This document shows, in pieces, positions 13,601 through 26,148 of a DNA stretch of 64,000 nt (its first letter is position 1; every line of letters begins with the position of its first letter). The stretch is from the NCBI GenBank assembly GCA_030704615.1, contig CM060732.1:55490001-55554000 (forward strand). The letters are read 5' to 3'. Under the pieces are notes generated by a model. It was not told the DNA's origin. It was given only the letters and a program-made list of their open reading frames with translations, and made no database searches. The DNA is from Takakia lepidozioides (taxonomy: Eukaryota; Plantae; Bryophyta). A program made the position numbers and the translations under genes.

Positions 13601-15075
13601 CCGAGGGCGAGCTGGAGCACCTCAGAGAGGACGAGGTGGTCAGGCACAAGGTGTAGGACGAGGGCAAGCACAGTATGGCCAAGGACGTGGAGATCAGGGC
13701 GTTGACCAAGGCATGGCCAACCGGCTTCAGCAACTAGAGCAAAGGCTTGCTGCCATGGCCACAGCTCAGGTGGTACCAGCTCCAAGACCTGAGGGTCCAC
13801 CTCATGTTCATCCTCAGCAGCGTCATCCTGACGGAGGAGACATAAGAGGCATGGGATTTATGTGTGGGGCAGCACTACCACTAGTGCACGGTAGAGTCTG
13901 CTGCAGCCATCACTCGAGGAGCAGTACGAGTTCCTGAGCCACGAGGTGCAGAGGTGGAGTTAGATCCACAGCGTGGGGAGGCAAGCCGTCAGGCTAGATT
14001 GTCTCAATCATTCATCTTGGGGGAGACAGTGTCGACGACATCCATGGCACCTAGTTCTCGTCCGACAGATACAGAGGCCGTTATTGTGCCATTGGGGAGA
14101 GCTACACGTGCAGCACTGGCACCTGTTGCCAAGGCTAGTGCAGCCAGTGTGTTGTTGGGGCAGCCACCTCTATGTGTCAAGCCCCACTGTTCTCGGCAAC
14201 CATGATTGCGACGCCGGGGGTAAGACCAGCTGCAGTGTTCAGACTAGCAGCAACACTCTGTGAGAGTGGGGAGGTCACTTCATCTTCTGTGGAGTTAGTG
14301 GAGGGTGTAGTGGCAGAGGGATCCTCGGATTTGAGGGTCAAGACTGCCACGGCTGCGCCATGGCAAGCTGCAGCTGTCAGGTTGACAGAGCTGCCAGCTA
14401 GGCCAGCCTTTGAGCGCGCCATGGTGACACCTAGAGTTGTCTTGTTAGACAACCAGGATGACATTTTCTCTTTGAGTGGACCGGCAGACAAGAGGTACCG
14501 GCCACTGTGGGTCTTGTTGGACTCGGGAGCTCAGCCACTGATGTTGGGCAGAGCTGCTATTGCAGGTTTGGGCCTCATGGAGGCGGACATGGAGCCTTGT
14601 CCTTTCCAGATACAGACATCTTTGGGAGGATCAGAGCAGGCTCGGGGCATGACACGGCGTGAGTTGGCCATTAAACTACAGCCGGATCATCCTAAAGATG
14701 GCTCAGTGATGCGAGCCAAGGCCATTGTGACAGATGCGGTCTCTTACAATGTCCTCGTTGGTGGGGCAGTGTTATATCCCATGGGCTTCACCCTGGATTT
14801 TTGGGAGGAGTCAGCATCCTACAGGCCTGGATGGCAGTCAGGGGATGGTCGTCGTGTACAGCTCCCTGTGACATTCATTGGGGGTGTTGCTGCTGCCCAG
14901 CGGGGCAAGATGCCAACACTAGCAGCCTTCATAGCTGCAGTTAGTTGGCCTGGAGAGTTGCTGGAGGGCAATGCCCATGCAGAGGATGTGCCACCTCCAG
15001 CAGAGCAGGATGACATGCATGGTACAGCGGAGTTGCCTGCCATGGTTGCTCACACTCCATTGTGGGGTACGAGCA
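10634..15075 (+). mobile_element. Truncated Ty3/Gypsy LTR retrotransposon (putative LTR/leader, gag, protease; RT/IN missing)
   Basis: Degenerate iMet PBS-like TAGTACTAGAGC at about 12239. Gag from about 12324 with in-frame stops at 12693 and 13284, zinc knuckles (CWTCGGP..KNCP; CGHCDKYGHGDAQC) and aspartic protease LLDSGAQP in 14172..15158. The 5' boundary is approximate. Confidence 0.8.
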
Positions 15076-15482
15076 AGGATTTTTACTGCTCCATCCTCGT
15101 GATGGACATATGTATGTGGAGATATTTGGCTGAGAAAGACATGGCTTTATTGATTTAAGAGAATGAATGTTTTATGTAATCCAGAATGCTTCATTTTACA
15201 GTGATTACTGATCTCGTTTGTTTTTATGAGCAGTATGAGGCGGCTCTGGAGCTAGCATCACAGGGCTTTGCAACCCTTCCAAGCTTCCTTATACGGGTGT
15301 GCTTCCTTAATCTTTCTGAAAGTTTATGTTGGGTGATAAGCACTACATCATAGTTAAAAACGGGTTTTCAAGACAATGCTTAGTAGTAATGCAAATAGCT
15401 TTCTAACCTCAGAACGACTGCAATTACTGAGTGAAATCCTTAGATCAAGAAAGTCAATTGAAGTGGATATTGGTTGTTGTGA

Positions 15483-18167
15483 ATAACGAGAGCATATATG
15501 GAGTAAATGCTGGCCATGGCACCAACAGTCGACTGTTTGATATAGTTGGTAAAGTTGGTTCACCCAGGGTGAGGTGAACAACTACCACAACAGTCAATGT
15601 TCGTGTCAATGTACTGCTATTGTATATTTCTTTCCCTCTGGGTTCTTTGCACTCAATGCACCTCACATGTTAGACTAGCATCCATAGGGAATTTTCAACT
15701 GAGTTGTTATTGTCTCGCAGCTTGAGGTCACTCCCTTTTTACTTGCCCCAACATCAGTTGATGACGATCAACAGGATGTGTCGGCTGGTCCTTCAGAGGA
15801 GAAGACAGTACCACCGGCCTGCTTTACTCAAGTGCTAACAACTGCCGGACATGCTTATGCTTCATCAGGGCACCTCCCTTTGCACCATCCGGCCATTTTA
15901 TCCTGCTGCTTAAGAAAGGAGGGTAAGTGGTCATTCCCTCCGGCCCAGCCCAATCGAAGTCAATAAAACAAACTTGACGCGTAGTCAAATTCACCATTAT
16001 GTTACTGAGCCGCACATCACCACGAACAGCCCTCAACTTCAATATGTGGACTTGGTCCAGGGCTGCCCCAACGCATGCTTTGCATTGTTCCCATTCGTGG
16101 GGAGCCATCTGCTTCTTCGCTAGTTATGAACGTACTTCACCCAGAGGAAACCACCCTTCACCAACAACCAAATACTGCATTGTTATGGTCTTCCAATCTC
16201 CGGGCCAAGCAGTAACACTGACTAATTCAAGGGCACATCCAGCAAAACACCAACTGCGGTGTACCGCCTCACCATAGCGCTGAGAAAATTTGACAATCAC
16301 CGGTTTGCCACCAGACTCCACAAAATATACTAGACACTGTCCTACTCGAGTAACTCGAGCCGGAGGATATTCTTCTGCTAAGTGATAGGGCCAGCATGCT
16401 ACCGAAACCCTTTTCCTGCTTGTAGTTATCTGCAGTCTGTCGTAAAACGTACGAAGCTCCAACAACAGCTGCACCAAAGCTCTAAGTACTCGAGCCAAAT
16501 GCTCTATGTACCGCTCATCAGCCAGCCTAAAGAGATGCAGACTAGCTGTTAGCGGCTCAATCACTGGATGCTTATGAAACACCGCACCATTGATGCGTAT
16601 ATGCGGGCCAACAACCTCAATCAAAACGATTGGGCAGCAAGATGAAAGATGGGAAGTTTCTGCAAGACTGGCCCACTGCGCATATGGTGTAAGGTACTCT
16701 GCATAATACATGCCAGATTCCATGTAGGCATCGCCAGTTAAATCACATTCTGGCTTGACTTCTATAATCGCAAGTAGTTGGTTCCCGCTGAAGATAGCTG
16801 GATCTAGCTCCTCCATAGCAGGGCGCCCTAGTTCTTTCACTTCAAAACGATCAGGATGTTGTATCTCGAGGATTTCTTGTATGACCTGTACCAATTGCTT
16901 TTTGCGGCATTCCTTAGAAAGAAAGTACCCTTGCATACTACACAATGCCTCCACGGCCTTCCAACAATTTGTTGAAATTTCTTCTTGTCCATGCAACTGG
17001 TCCCGAAATAATGCAAAATACCTATGCGCCAATTGTATTGGCATACCAGTAGCTAAGGCTAGGCGATGGTTGTGGAGCACTGGTCCCCCTGAGGACTCCT
17101 GCAGCTTCCACATAGTTTTGTGCTGCTTCGCAGCTACTGATGGCGAGATCTTAGCATCCTAGAACCGTCGAATATGGTCTGCTTCGTCGGTCACTGTGGC
17201 AGAGACCCCCCCCAAGTAAATGAGACAGAGGTTCAGCAACTATCCAATTCTGAGCTGCATTATCTGATAAAATCGAATCATACGGCTGACCTATGTCCCT
17301 CTGAAGGATATGCTATCTGAATAGATACATACCTGCCTAAGAAGTAGGTAGCTCTTCTCGCAAACAAGCCAATAGAAGCTCGTCGGTTGGAGGGTCCTTG
17401 TCATCGACCGCCTTTGGATCTTCAGGAGACATGCCCATGATTGCAAAGGAAAATTGCGCAGCAGAATTAACATTCTCTCAACCCCCTCCTCTGCCATCTC
17501 GCCTATAACCAGCACCTCCTCCTCCTCTTACACTGCTCTGCTCAAACCTCGACTACCGAAATGGGTCTACGAATGAGTCACCAACCCCACACACTCTCCC
17601 TACTTATCAACACACTTTTGCTAATTTCTTTGCTAATCTTGGATCTTTTTTTTTTGTTCATTTGCATGTTTTGGGATCCTTCGCTGCTATTTCATGGTTT
17701 CTTTTCTCTATTTTTCAGGACAAAAAAAATCCCTTCTTGATGGTGAAGGAGATAGCTAGCTTTGGCGCCCGAGGCCTCTTTCAATGTGAGCCTGCAAGGT
17801 GCGGATGTTTGAATTTGTATGTGCGAGACGATAGGTTTGATGAGGATACCAAGGAGCTCATGGATGAAACTGTACTGGCCAGTATAGATATTCACTCAGT
17901 CTGGCCATACCAATCAGGGTTCATTTCTCCCAAGCTCGTTGCAGACGTACCCCAACTAATCCTCACACCCACTTGTTCACTATAGCTCCTCATGTGACCT
18001 ATGTAGTGATCATTGACACGAACATTGACTATTGTGGTAGTTGTTCACCTCACCCCAGGTGAACCGAACCAACTTTACGAACTATATCAAACAATGAAGT
18101 GTTGGTGCCATGGCCAGCAACAGCTGCTCACTCACCCCCCCCCCCCCCCATAGATGCTCTCGTTAAT
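15483..18167. repeat. ~130-bp inverted repeat pair (15483-15611 / 18011-18167) flanking the CRN-like gene
   Basis: TGCTGGCCATGGCACCAACA...GGTGAACAACTACCACAA.AGTCAATGTTCGTGTCAATG matches the reverse complement at 18011-18119; the match extends to GCTCTCGTTA past a poly-C insertion. Confidence 0.85.
15824..17460 (-). pseudogene. Crinkler (CRN)-type REase-fold + protein kinase-like effector pseudogene
   Basis: PD-(D/E)xK-like LDPAIF...IIEVKPE..GDAY.E..YY, then VKFSQRYGEAVH, RGDVRLSNIM, FIDFDWAG...YP...WPDG. ORFs 16124..17113 and 15824..16108 are in the same frame across one TAA; another TAG at about 17160. Putative GT-AG intron at about 17196-17332. Confidence 0.8.
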
Positions 18168-18498
18168 TAAGGAGGCATTGTTTCGCATTACTGCCCTCCC
18201 TTGTGCCATCATCTCGCTGCAATGAGGACGTCGCATGTACAACTGTCGCACAGGGAAAGAGCCACATGCCATTTGGATCGTTAGATCCGGATGATCTTGC
18301 CTATCGATTTCTAGAAACTCTACCACCTGCCAGCGCAAGGAGCCTTGGGTTCAAACTCTTTCCGCTTTCGCCAAGGGGTCGAGCTATGGAGGGAACTCTC
18401 ATTTAGGTTTCGCTTACCCGCCTAGTATCCGTGTCATGCACCTCCATTTAAGAAGACTTGCACCGCCTCTTGCACTTGCACATGAGGCTTTGAGTAGA

Positions 18499-19656
18499 CA
18501 CTACAGCTAATGAGGGGGGTTTGCGACGTCGAGCCCGCTGCGACACCGTTACGACGCCCAGCCATCATAAGGTGGCATGAAGGGGGAAAGAGGGCCCTCG
18601 CTGCGACGGATTTTTTTTCTTGCGACGCCCCGGCGTTAAAAATCCCTATTTTATTTATTTTATTTTATTTTGGATGTTGTGACGCCAAGGCGTCGCAAAA
18701 GCGTCACTAAGGGCACCCCAGCGCCTCTGCGACACCAGAGCGTCGGAACAGCATCACCATAGTGGGAGTTTTTTTTTTTTTTTTTTGGGCTTTGCGGCCC
18801 TCAACTTCACAAAAGCGTCGCCGGGGGCGCCCCGCGCTGGGACGCCCGACGTTGCGATGCCAGGGGGTCGTAACAGCGTCGCCACAGAAGGTTGCAATGG
18901 TGTTGTGGTTAGCTCAGGTCATCACAAGATTTCATGTTGAACATTGACTCTTGCGGCGTTGACCATGGACTCCGGTTCTGTCAAATGGCGATATGTTCAT
19001 TGTTCTACATATCTGATGCAATGCATACTTGAACCTAAGACCTCCACGTTATAACATTTCTAAAACACTACAAACTAACCAACATACTTACGCTACATCT
19101 ATGTATCACAAAAGCAATCTAAATATATATATACACATATAAAGATTTTCTTCAAGAGCCTTCAAGTTCATTCTAAGGGGGTCTCTCTTGTGACGTCGGG
19201 GAGTTGCAACCTCCACAGCCTTAGTGCCCAGCCCCAGCCCCAACATCGTCGCCGTTGTTGTACCCCCCCCACCGCCAAGCGCCCCAAGTGACGTATTTCA
19301 AATTCAAATTTACCCCCTTAAATTGTGACGTCCGGGCGTCGCACTTTGCGACCCCCGGACGGTGCTAATTCTGCATTGCAGAGTAGGGTTTTTTATTTTT
19401 TATTTTATTTTATTTTAAATCCGACGTCCGGGCGTCGGAAATCGCGTTGGCGTCGCAAATCGCGGTTTCGTCTATTTGCGACCCCCATTGGTCACAAATT
19501 TGCGACGTGTTTTTGGCGACGCCCTTGTGACGGGCTTGCGACGCCCGGGTGTCGCAAATTTGGGTTTCCCCCCCTGCCCGAAAAGGGTTGTTTTACGACG
19601 TCGCGGCGTGGCCACGGCGTCGCAAACCCCCCCCCCCCCCCCTTTTTCATGTAGTG
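18499..19656. mobile_element. Complete non-autonomous CACTA (En/Spm) element
   Basis: CACTACA...TGTAGTG termini, perfect 3-bp TSD AGA (18496-18498 / 19657-19659), many GCGACG/CGTCGC subterminal repeats at both ends, no transposase. Confidence 0.93.
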
Positions 19657-21034
19657 AGAGTTGCTGATCTTGGACAAGATTAGTCATATTTGTCAATGGA
19701 TTGTATCCATGTGACAAAGTTGTGCTAGGCTTTGCAATATGCAGTGTCGTTGTTACTTAGAAAAAATTACCTCCCTTGTCGCTTCCACAAACCGAACACT
19801 ACATGAGTTGAGTTCGCATAAAACTCATCAAACATTCTTGACAGTAGCCACCGGTTCGAGATCACATGCCACAAAGTCGCCAATTGATGTTCCTCATAGG
19901 CCAGATACGTAAGTTGTGTGCGTTGTTTTCCTTTATGGCGAAAAATCGCCAGATTTCGACTTGGAAACTCGGTCAGCTACTTGTACAAAAGAATTATGGG
20001 GGGTAAAATCCGAGATTTTCACCAAAAAGCACCACGAGATAAATTTCAGGAGCCTAATCTTGCCGACGTGGACCAATGAGAACGTGACACCTGGAATATA
20101 GCCACTTTTCTAATTTTGTCACCTCGATATTATCGCCACATAGGCACTAGGTGGAATTCACAGATGGCCCCGCCAACGATTTAGCAGATATGAAAAAAAA
20201 AGTTGTGTGTTGGCGTTGCAGCGGCACGCCTTCCACCGACGAGGAATGCATACCTGTCAATTTTCCACATACGGTATTTACGCCGTGGAAAGTTCCCTCC
20301 CGCGTAGCCTCCGAAAATTTCGGGCCCTTACCTCGGGCTCCCGCCCTCGGTCCAGGGCCCTCAATTTTCGGAAGGCTCTTGGAAGGGATCTTTCAAAATG
20401 TGGGTTATGGTTGCCCTAATTCATAGACAGCTCAAAGTTATGCGATATTTTCGCTTGGGGGCTCTATGACAGCTTTAAGGCAGGTTCACTTGAAAATGAC
20501 TTAACCAAAACAGGCACATGTAAAGTATGAATGATCCTCCTCCAACTTTGACCAACTGCCAACAGTTCCTCCCTTGGCCAATTTCTGTCCACTATGGTTT
20601 GTCGGATGTAGAATCTCGTAGGGACCGTCTGTGAGGCTGAACGGATATCATCTCGTCATCCAAAAATTGTTTTGAATAATTTTGATTTTCTTGCAAAAAG
20701 ACCTGAGAAATTGGGGCCCACACATAACGATGGCAAATCGCCTACTCTGGGCTGATTGCCCTGAAAATTCGGAACACACTAAACATAGGATGCGAGTTGA
20801 ATGCGCGCGTGCCAGCCTGCCGGTATGGTCGCCGGGGCTTGAGCCGGGACGCCCTTGACGGGGCCCGCAGTCAAATCCCCACCCCCAAGCCGTGTCGTTA
20901 TGCTTGTATTATAGTACAAAACAAGAAAGCGGCGGGTAGCTTGGTGGCTGGATGCATCAATCACGATGCAAGGGTACTAGGTTCAAACCATGGCCATGGT
21001 GCGATGGAAATTGTGTGTTTGAGGATTTGACTAA

Positions 21035-21515
21035 GGGTCGTACCACACTAGCGGCAAGAGGGCCAGCGGCACTCAATTTTGGACCCTCCTATCGGTTTAA
21101 GGGAGGGCAGTGTGCCGCTTTGCCTACCACACTAGTGGCGGCTGCCAACGGAGAGGCTCCGACCTGGCGCCTACATCTCACATTATCGTGAAAAACGGAT
21201 TTCCAGGCAGTGTCCCTTGGAAATCCACAATTTTAGGAAGACATTTTGTCGTGACGCGATTCTCCCGCCATCACGAAGCTGATCTCCCCGTCGTGCGATG
21301 GTCTCTCCTACCTCTTTGTGTCTTCCTGGTTTTAGAAATGGTTGTTTTTAGAATGAAAAGGTAAGGTAGTTGCGATTTTTTTGCCGTTGGGCTTATGCTA
21401 TAGTGTGGTAGCCGATTCATTGCCGCTTGGTGACATGAGCCTATATCATCCAACAATCCCTAGCGTGCAACTACCACGTCACTGCCGTTGGTGTGCTGGT
21501 AGTGTGGTACGGCCC
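21035..21515. mobile_element. PIF/Harbinger (Tourist-like) MITE
   Basis: TIRs GGG(T/C)CGTACCACACTA with TAA duplicated on both sides (21032-21034, 21516-21518). Confidence 0.85.
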
Positions 21516-21557
21516 TAAGGTACCATTAAACTTTTGTATCTCTTAAAAAATTCTAAG

Positions 21558-21917
21558 TCCCTCAAGCGGATCTCCGCTCCCCTGGTCCCTGGTCCCCTGT
21601 TCCCACATATATACCGCTCCCTTGTTCTCCTTGCTCCCCTATTACCGCTCCCCTGTTACTATTCCCGGCTCCCTTGTGCTATTGCTCCCATGTTTTACTG
21701 CTTCGCCACTCCAATAATAGGGGAGCGGAGAGCAATAACAGGGGAGCAGGGAAGTGGGGAGAAATAATAGGGGAGCGGAGAACAGGGGAGCAGAGGAGCG
21801 GGGAGCAATAACAGGGGAGCGGAGGAGCGGGGAATAGGCGAGCGGGAACATGGGAGCGTCGTAGTGGGAACAAAGGAGCAAGGGCTGGGAACATGGAGCG
21901 TGGGACCCTTGGAGGGG
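21558..21917. repeat. Foldback-like element built from inverted GCTCCCC / GGGGAGC arrays
   Basis: The left arm repeats (CC)GCTCCCC and the right arm repeats GGGGAGC(GG); the switch is near 21710. Confidence 0.75.
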
Positions 21918-23078
21918 CGTGAAGCATACACGAGGGAAGTGGGGGTGGGGATTTGACTGCGGGCCCACAGGGCCCTCTGGTTAGCTCCGGGGATCGTACC
22001 GGCAAGCCTCGCACGTGCGCATTAAAAACCCATTCTATGTTTAGTGTAAACCTTTTTCATCCAAGGGGTCATGAATTTTTCAAAAGTCAACGAAGGGTGG
22101 TGGACGTTTAAGGGTTAAATAGTTATCTGCAAAAGTTATTAAAATTTTAAATTTGTTTGAGGCCCAATTTCGGCCTGGTGGGCGTTAAACCTAAGAGATA
22201 GAAAGTGGAGGAGATACATAAGCTAAGTTTTAAGAAAGTGAACACGATTTTCAACCACATACTGAGCAAACTCAATGTAGATGCTTGACAGCAAAATATC
22301 CAGCCACACAGGCCCAAGTAGAAAGTTACTCCTATATATAAGGAAATTTGTCTATTAAATGTTTCGGAACTGTGAGCTACCTGACAAGCTTGAAGTCAAA
22401 GTTAGATGATGTGTTGGAGTACATCTACACCAACACATTAAACTATCATCAATATCCGACCAGATGAGTAGTCTTTGGAAGTTTACCAACCACAATGTAA
22501 GTTTTCTAGATGACACATTAATTTTAACATTCCACAGTGATTAGGCACATGTGAACTGAATTCATCTTCCGAAATAAAGCATGGGAGCCGAAGTAGTACT
22601 CGCGCTGTAGAGATGGCAAAAAACTGCAATTTGCGGTTCAGGCAATAGCAACGTATTACCACATCATCAGCCTGGCCCAAAGCGCCCTTTCCTGAGTGAA
22701 CTATATCCACCAGCACTTGCTCTCTCTCATTGCTTCGACATGTGCGAGACAGAATAATTATTTTTAATTTCAGTCGCTCTATGAGGTTTCTACGTTATTT
22801 GGACGTGGGATGGATGTGTGAGTCAGCAGCTGGGGGCTGGAATAGAGAGGATGAAATCGAGCCTACATGATCGTATGATGCGAAGGGATAGTGTGGAATC
22901 CAACACAGCTCAACAAGTCACAAAAAATCTATGATTCTCAATTTTCACCATTTGAGTTGGGAAGATAATAGGAATAATGTAAGAACTTAATGCACACGTG
23001 CAACCTCTGACAGGATGGTACACTGGTCTTTGTCATGTCAAATCTTCCCCACCCTCTCTTGAGAGTGACATGGAACTG

Positions 23079-23625
23079 AAGGAGTGTAAACTCCAGTGGG
23101 GGTTACACTGGGTTACACGACGAGGTATGTAACTCCACTTGGGGTTACATTGGGTTACACGACGAGGTGTGTAACTCCACTTGAGGTTACACAAAAGGGA
23201 GTGTAACTCCACTCGGTGTAACTCTTACTTGGTCTCGGAATTTGACTAAGTCCAAAGTTGACTAAGTATAAAATGGACTAACCACAGTTACATGAGAGAT
23301 CGGGGTTACAAAGGGTTACACTGACCGGGGTTACACTATAAAAGCCTCCCATCAAGAATCAAACCCTGAACCTCACGGCCTGCAATGCCACCACCTTACC
23401 ATCACGTTACCCACCACAACTTACAACCCACTTGGATTCTTAAGTATTTAATAGTGAAACCGAGGTAATAGGGGTGGGGGAGGATTTGACAAGGGGCCCG
23501 CCGGAGGAGCCCAAGCTACCAGAATCGGGCGAAAGTACCGTCAGTCACACACGTCCATTAAGTTCTTACATTATTCCTATTGTCTTCCTTTGAGTTGGGT
23601 CTGAAACCCGGGGAGTTCACTCCTT
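23079..23625. mobile_element. MITE-like element with 42-bp internal tandem hairpin units
   Basis: Ends AAGGAGTGTAAACTCC / GGAGTTCACTCCTT are inverted. GTGTAACTCCAC..GGTTACAC units recur with period 42 (23111, 23153). Confidence 0.6.
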
Positions 23626-23664
23626 GTAAAACTGTTACCATCTGCGAACAAAAGGGTATGATAG

Positions 23665-24434
23665 CAGTGTTGTACTGGCATGTCCATTTTGGCATACCCG
23701 CCTGGTCCTGGTAGGTTCAACTTGGCTGTTGGGTCCAACTGGTACGGCCTGGGGTAGATTAGGAAGACTGGCTAGGGTAGGTTATAGGATGGGTATGGGT
23801 ATTTTGAATTGTGAGATACCCTGGTCCTAGGCATGGGTATGACAAAAACTCAAATAACGTACTGGGGTGGTATGTACAATGGTATGGTTATATTTCTAAT
23901 GGTTGGTATCTTCGACAATTACTTATATATTATGGTATTTTAAGGTTAACTTCATTATATTTATTTGTCTTTTATATTTGTACCCACAAACCCCTGCTGT
24001 ATTTATAATTTATATTTTTGGTACACGGTTAATCCAGATGAATCCCCTAGCCAGGGATTACAAGTGGTTAATCCCATAATCTGGATCCATGCGGCTCAAA
24101 TAGTGATGCCAGCGGCTGGGAGCCCAAAGATATAGTGCTATTCTTTATATTGCACAAATATGAACGAGGATAAGCACAAAAAAATTGTGTCATTACACAT
24201 ACCCATGCTAGCTTGGGTTTATCAATCCTCAATACGGGTCTTAAGCCAAGTACGAAAATAGTTCATACTTAGACTGGTATGGTAAAAAGGGGGTAGGTCC
24301 AGTGTTCAAAACCCGGGGTCCAGGGTATAGCCGGGGTATACGCCCCAAGACATACTCAACTGGTATGTTCTACAATACCCTACTCTTACCAATGCACATA
24401 CCCCGGCCGACTAGCACATACCAGTACAACACTG
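23665..24434. mobile_element. hAT-like MITE
   Basis: 14-bp TIR CAGTGTTGTACTGG / CCAGTACAACACTG; near-perfect 8-bp TSD GTAT(G)ATAG / GTATATAG; a related empty site is visible at about 28955-28987. Confidence 0.85.
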
Positions 24435-24724
24435 GTATATAGTTGGGGGGTATTATTTGGTTTTTTTTTGTTTTTTTGGTACCCTTGCATTACACAATTT
24501 TGTAATACCGGGTCTTTTGTAGACACACTATTTTGAATTATAAAAAATACTAGATTCTTTTATTAGCACCCAAATTTACTTTAAAATAATATATAAAGTT
24601 CAATTTGAAGCCTGGGAAAAAAACAGTAGCAGCACATGCACAACAAACAACAAAATACATGAACTTTATTCAAGCCAATATGACCTACTGTCGTTCACTA
24701 ACAAACTCATTCAAGGAGTCTGCA

Positions 24725-25520
24725 TATATTGAATCGAGACGTTTGTTTTGTTTTGTAGCGTTGTTGAGATCTCCCAAACCGCGGGTCCCAGCACGGGTGT
24801 TTGGTGTCGTTGGAAAGCCCTCGATGAGGACGGGTGCGCCGACTTGCTCTCATGAACTTTGGACCAGCGATGAGGGAGATGTGGAATTCCAAGTATTTTG
24901 GGTCACTGGAAATTCATGAAAAATAACAAAGTGGGCTTTCCTAGAGCAGTGATTGGCCCTTGACGTGGGGGATTTGGAATTTCAAGTACTTTTGATCGTT
25001 GGAAATTCGTGAAAAAATAGCAAAGTGGATATATGAAGCCTCGATAGGGGAGATTGCAAAAATAGCAAAGTGGGCTTCATTGGAAACAATGACGTGGAGA
25101 TCTCCCAAACTGCAGGGTCTTTGGATACATAGGGGATTGCACTTGGACTTAGATGACATTAGATAGTAGAGGTCGCACTTGGGCCTCTACATGGGAGGAG
25201 CACTTGGATACATAAGAGTTTGCACTTGGGCTTAAATGTCAATTATTCACACATGGGCCTCAACATAGGAGACGCACTTGGATACATAGGGCATTGCACT
25301 TGGAATTAGATGACACTGGACACAACGACATATGCTACCTTAGAGGTCGCACTTGGGTTTGGACATAGGAGACGCATTTGGATACACAGGGGATTGCACT
25401 TGGACTTAGGCTATCCTAGAGGTTGCACTTGGGCCTCGACATAGGAGATGCTTTTGGATACATAGCGGATTGCACTTGGACTTAGATGACAGTGGACACT
25501 TGGGCCAATGGCACATGCTA
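24725..25520 (+). mobile_element. Non-autonomous repeat (possibly Helitron-like) with internal GCACTTGG(A/G) minisatellite
   Basis: Interrupts the 23639-24724 repeat copy; about 20-bp GCACTTGG units at 25120-25505; no TIR/TSD found. Confidence 0.4.
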
Positions 25521-25609
25521 CCCAAATACTATCTAACACATATATAGTAGCAAGTGCCTTCTACTCACCATTTAAGTAAAAAATTGCAATTTATTGCTAG
25601 AGGATCTAG

Positions 25610-26130
25610 AAGATGAAAGTTAGGATTGTATGTACTCGACATTGACCCGGGAAAGAAACCTCCAAAACTACTAGGAATAGAATTCACTCTAGTTGAAGGA
25701 AAGGTTGATGAACATTTGTGCACGCACAATAGACTGGGGCACCTATACTATCCAAGTCTTCATGGCCACTTGTCCAACCAAAATGTGACAAAAAAAAAAT
25801 CCCTATCTATCTCTCATTACCTGTGTATGTGACGGTTTGCCAATTTGGCAAGCAATGCAGAGAGAATTTCCAAATAAAAGTGAAAATAGAGCAAGCAGAC
25901 CTTTAGAACTCCTTCACTCTGATATATGTGGCCCCCTAGCCACAAATCTTTCAAGGGGTCTAGGTACTTTCTTACCTTCACATATGACTTCTCTAGATAA
26001 ACCAGCTGGATTTATTTTACAGCATGAAATGTGAGGCAACTCTGATAGTCTTCCGGAGATTCAAGGCTCTTACTGAGCACGAAACTGGGCTCAAGATTGA
26101 AGCACTTCGAAGTACTCGTGAAAGACATGC
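25610..26130 (+). mobile_element. Ty1/Copia GAG-pre-integrase/integrase fragment
   Basis: HNRLGH motif, then C.GK..R..FPNKSENRASRPLELLHSDICGP; frameshifted. Confidence 0.85.
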
Positions 26131-26148
26131 ACCCAACTGGCACAAGGA

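Larger units (their letters stand above)
20777..22046. mobile_element. Non-autonomous TIR element with ~115-bp TIRs hosting nested MITEs
   Basis: CACTAAACATAG...GGGCCCGCAGTCAAATCCCCACCCCCA at 20777-20887 is inverted at about 21940-22046. TSD not resolved. Confidence 0.75.

Noticed and set aside
18002-18008. TGTAGTG as the partner end of the CACTA array at the window start
   Set aside because: No ATGACT/AGTCAT subterminal repeats nearby, and the TSD cannot be tested.
20935-20996. tRNA gene (also about 23345-23410)
   Set aside because: Only A/B-box-like remnants; no coherent cloverleaf or anticodon stem.
20145-21504. CACTA element from CACTAG 20145 to TAGTG 21504
   Set aside because: The flanking triplets differ (AGG vs TGG), and the right motif belongs to the Harbinger TIR.
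23086-23340. Palindromic repeat-spacer array
   Set aside because: The 42-bp units are tandem duplicates within a MITE-like element; the intervening sequences are not unique.
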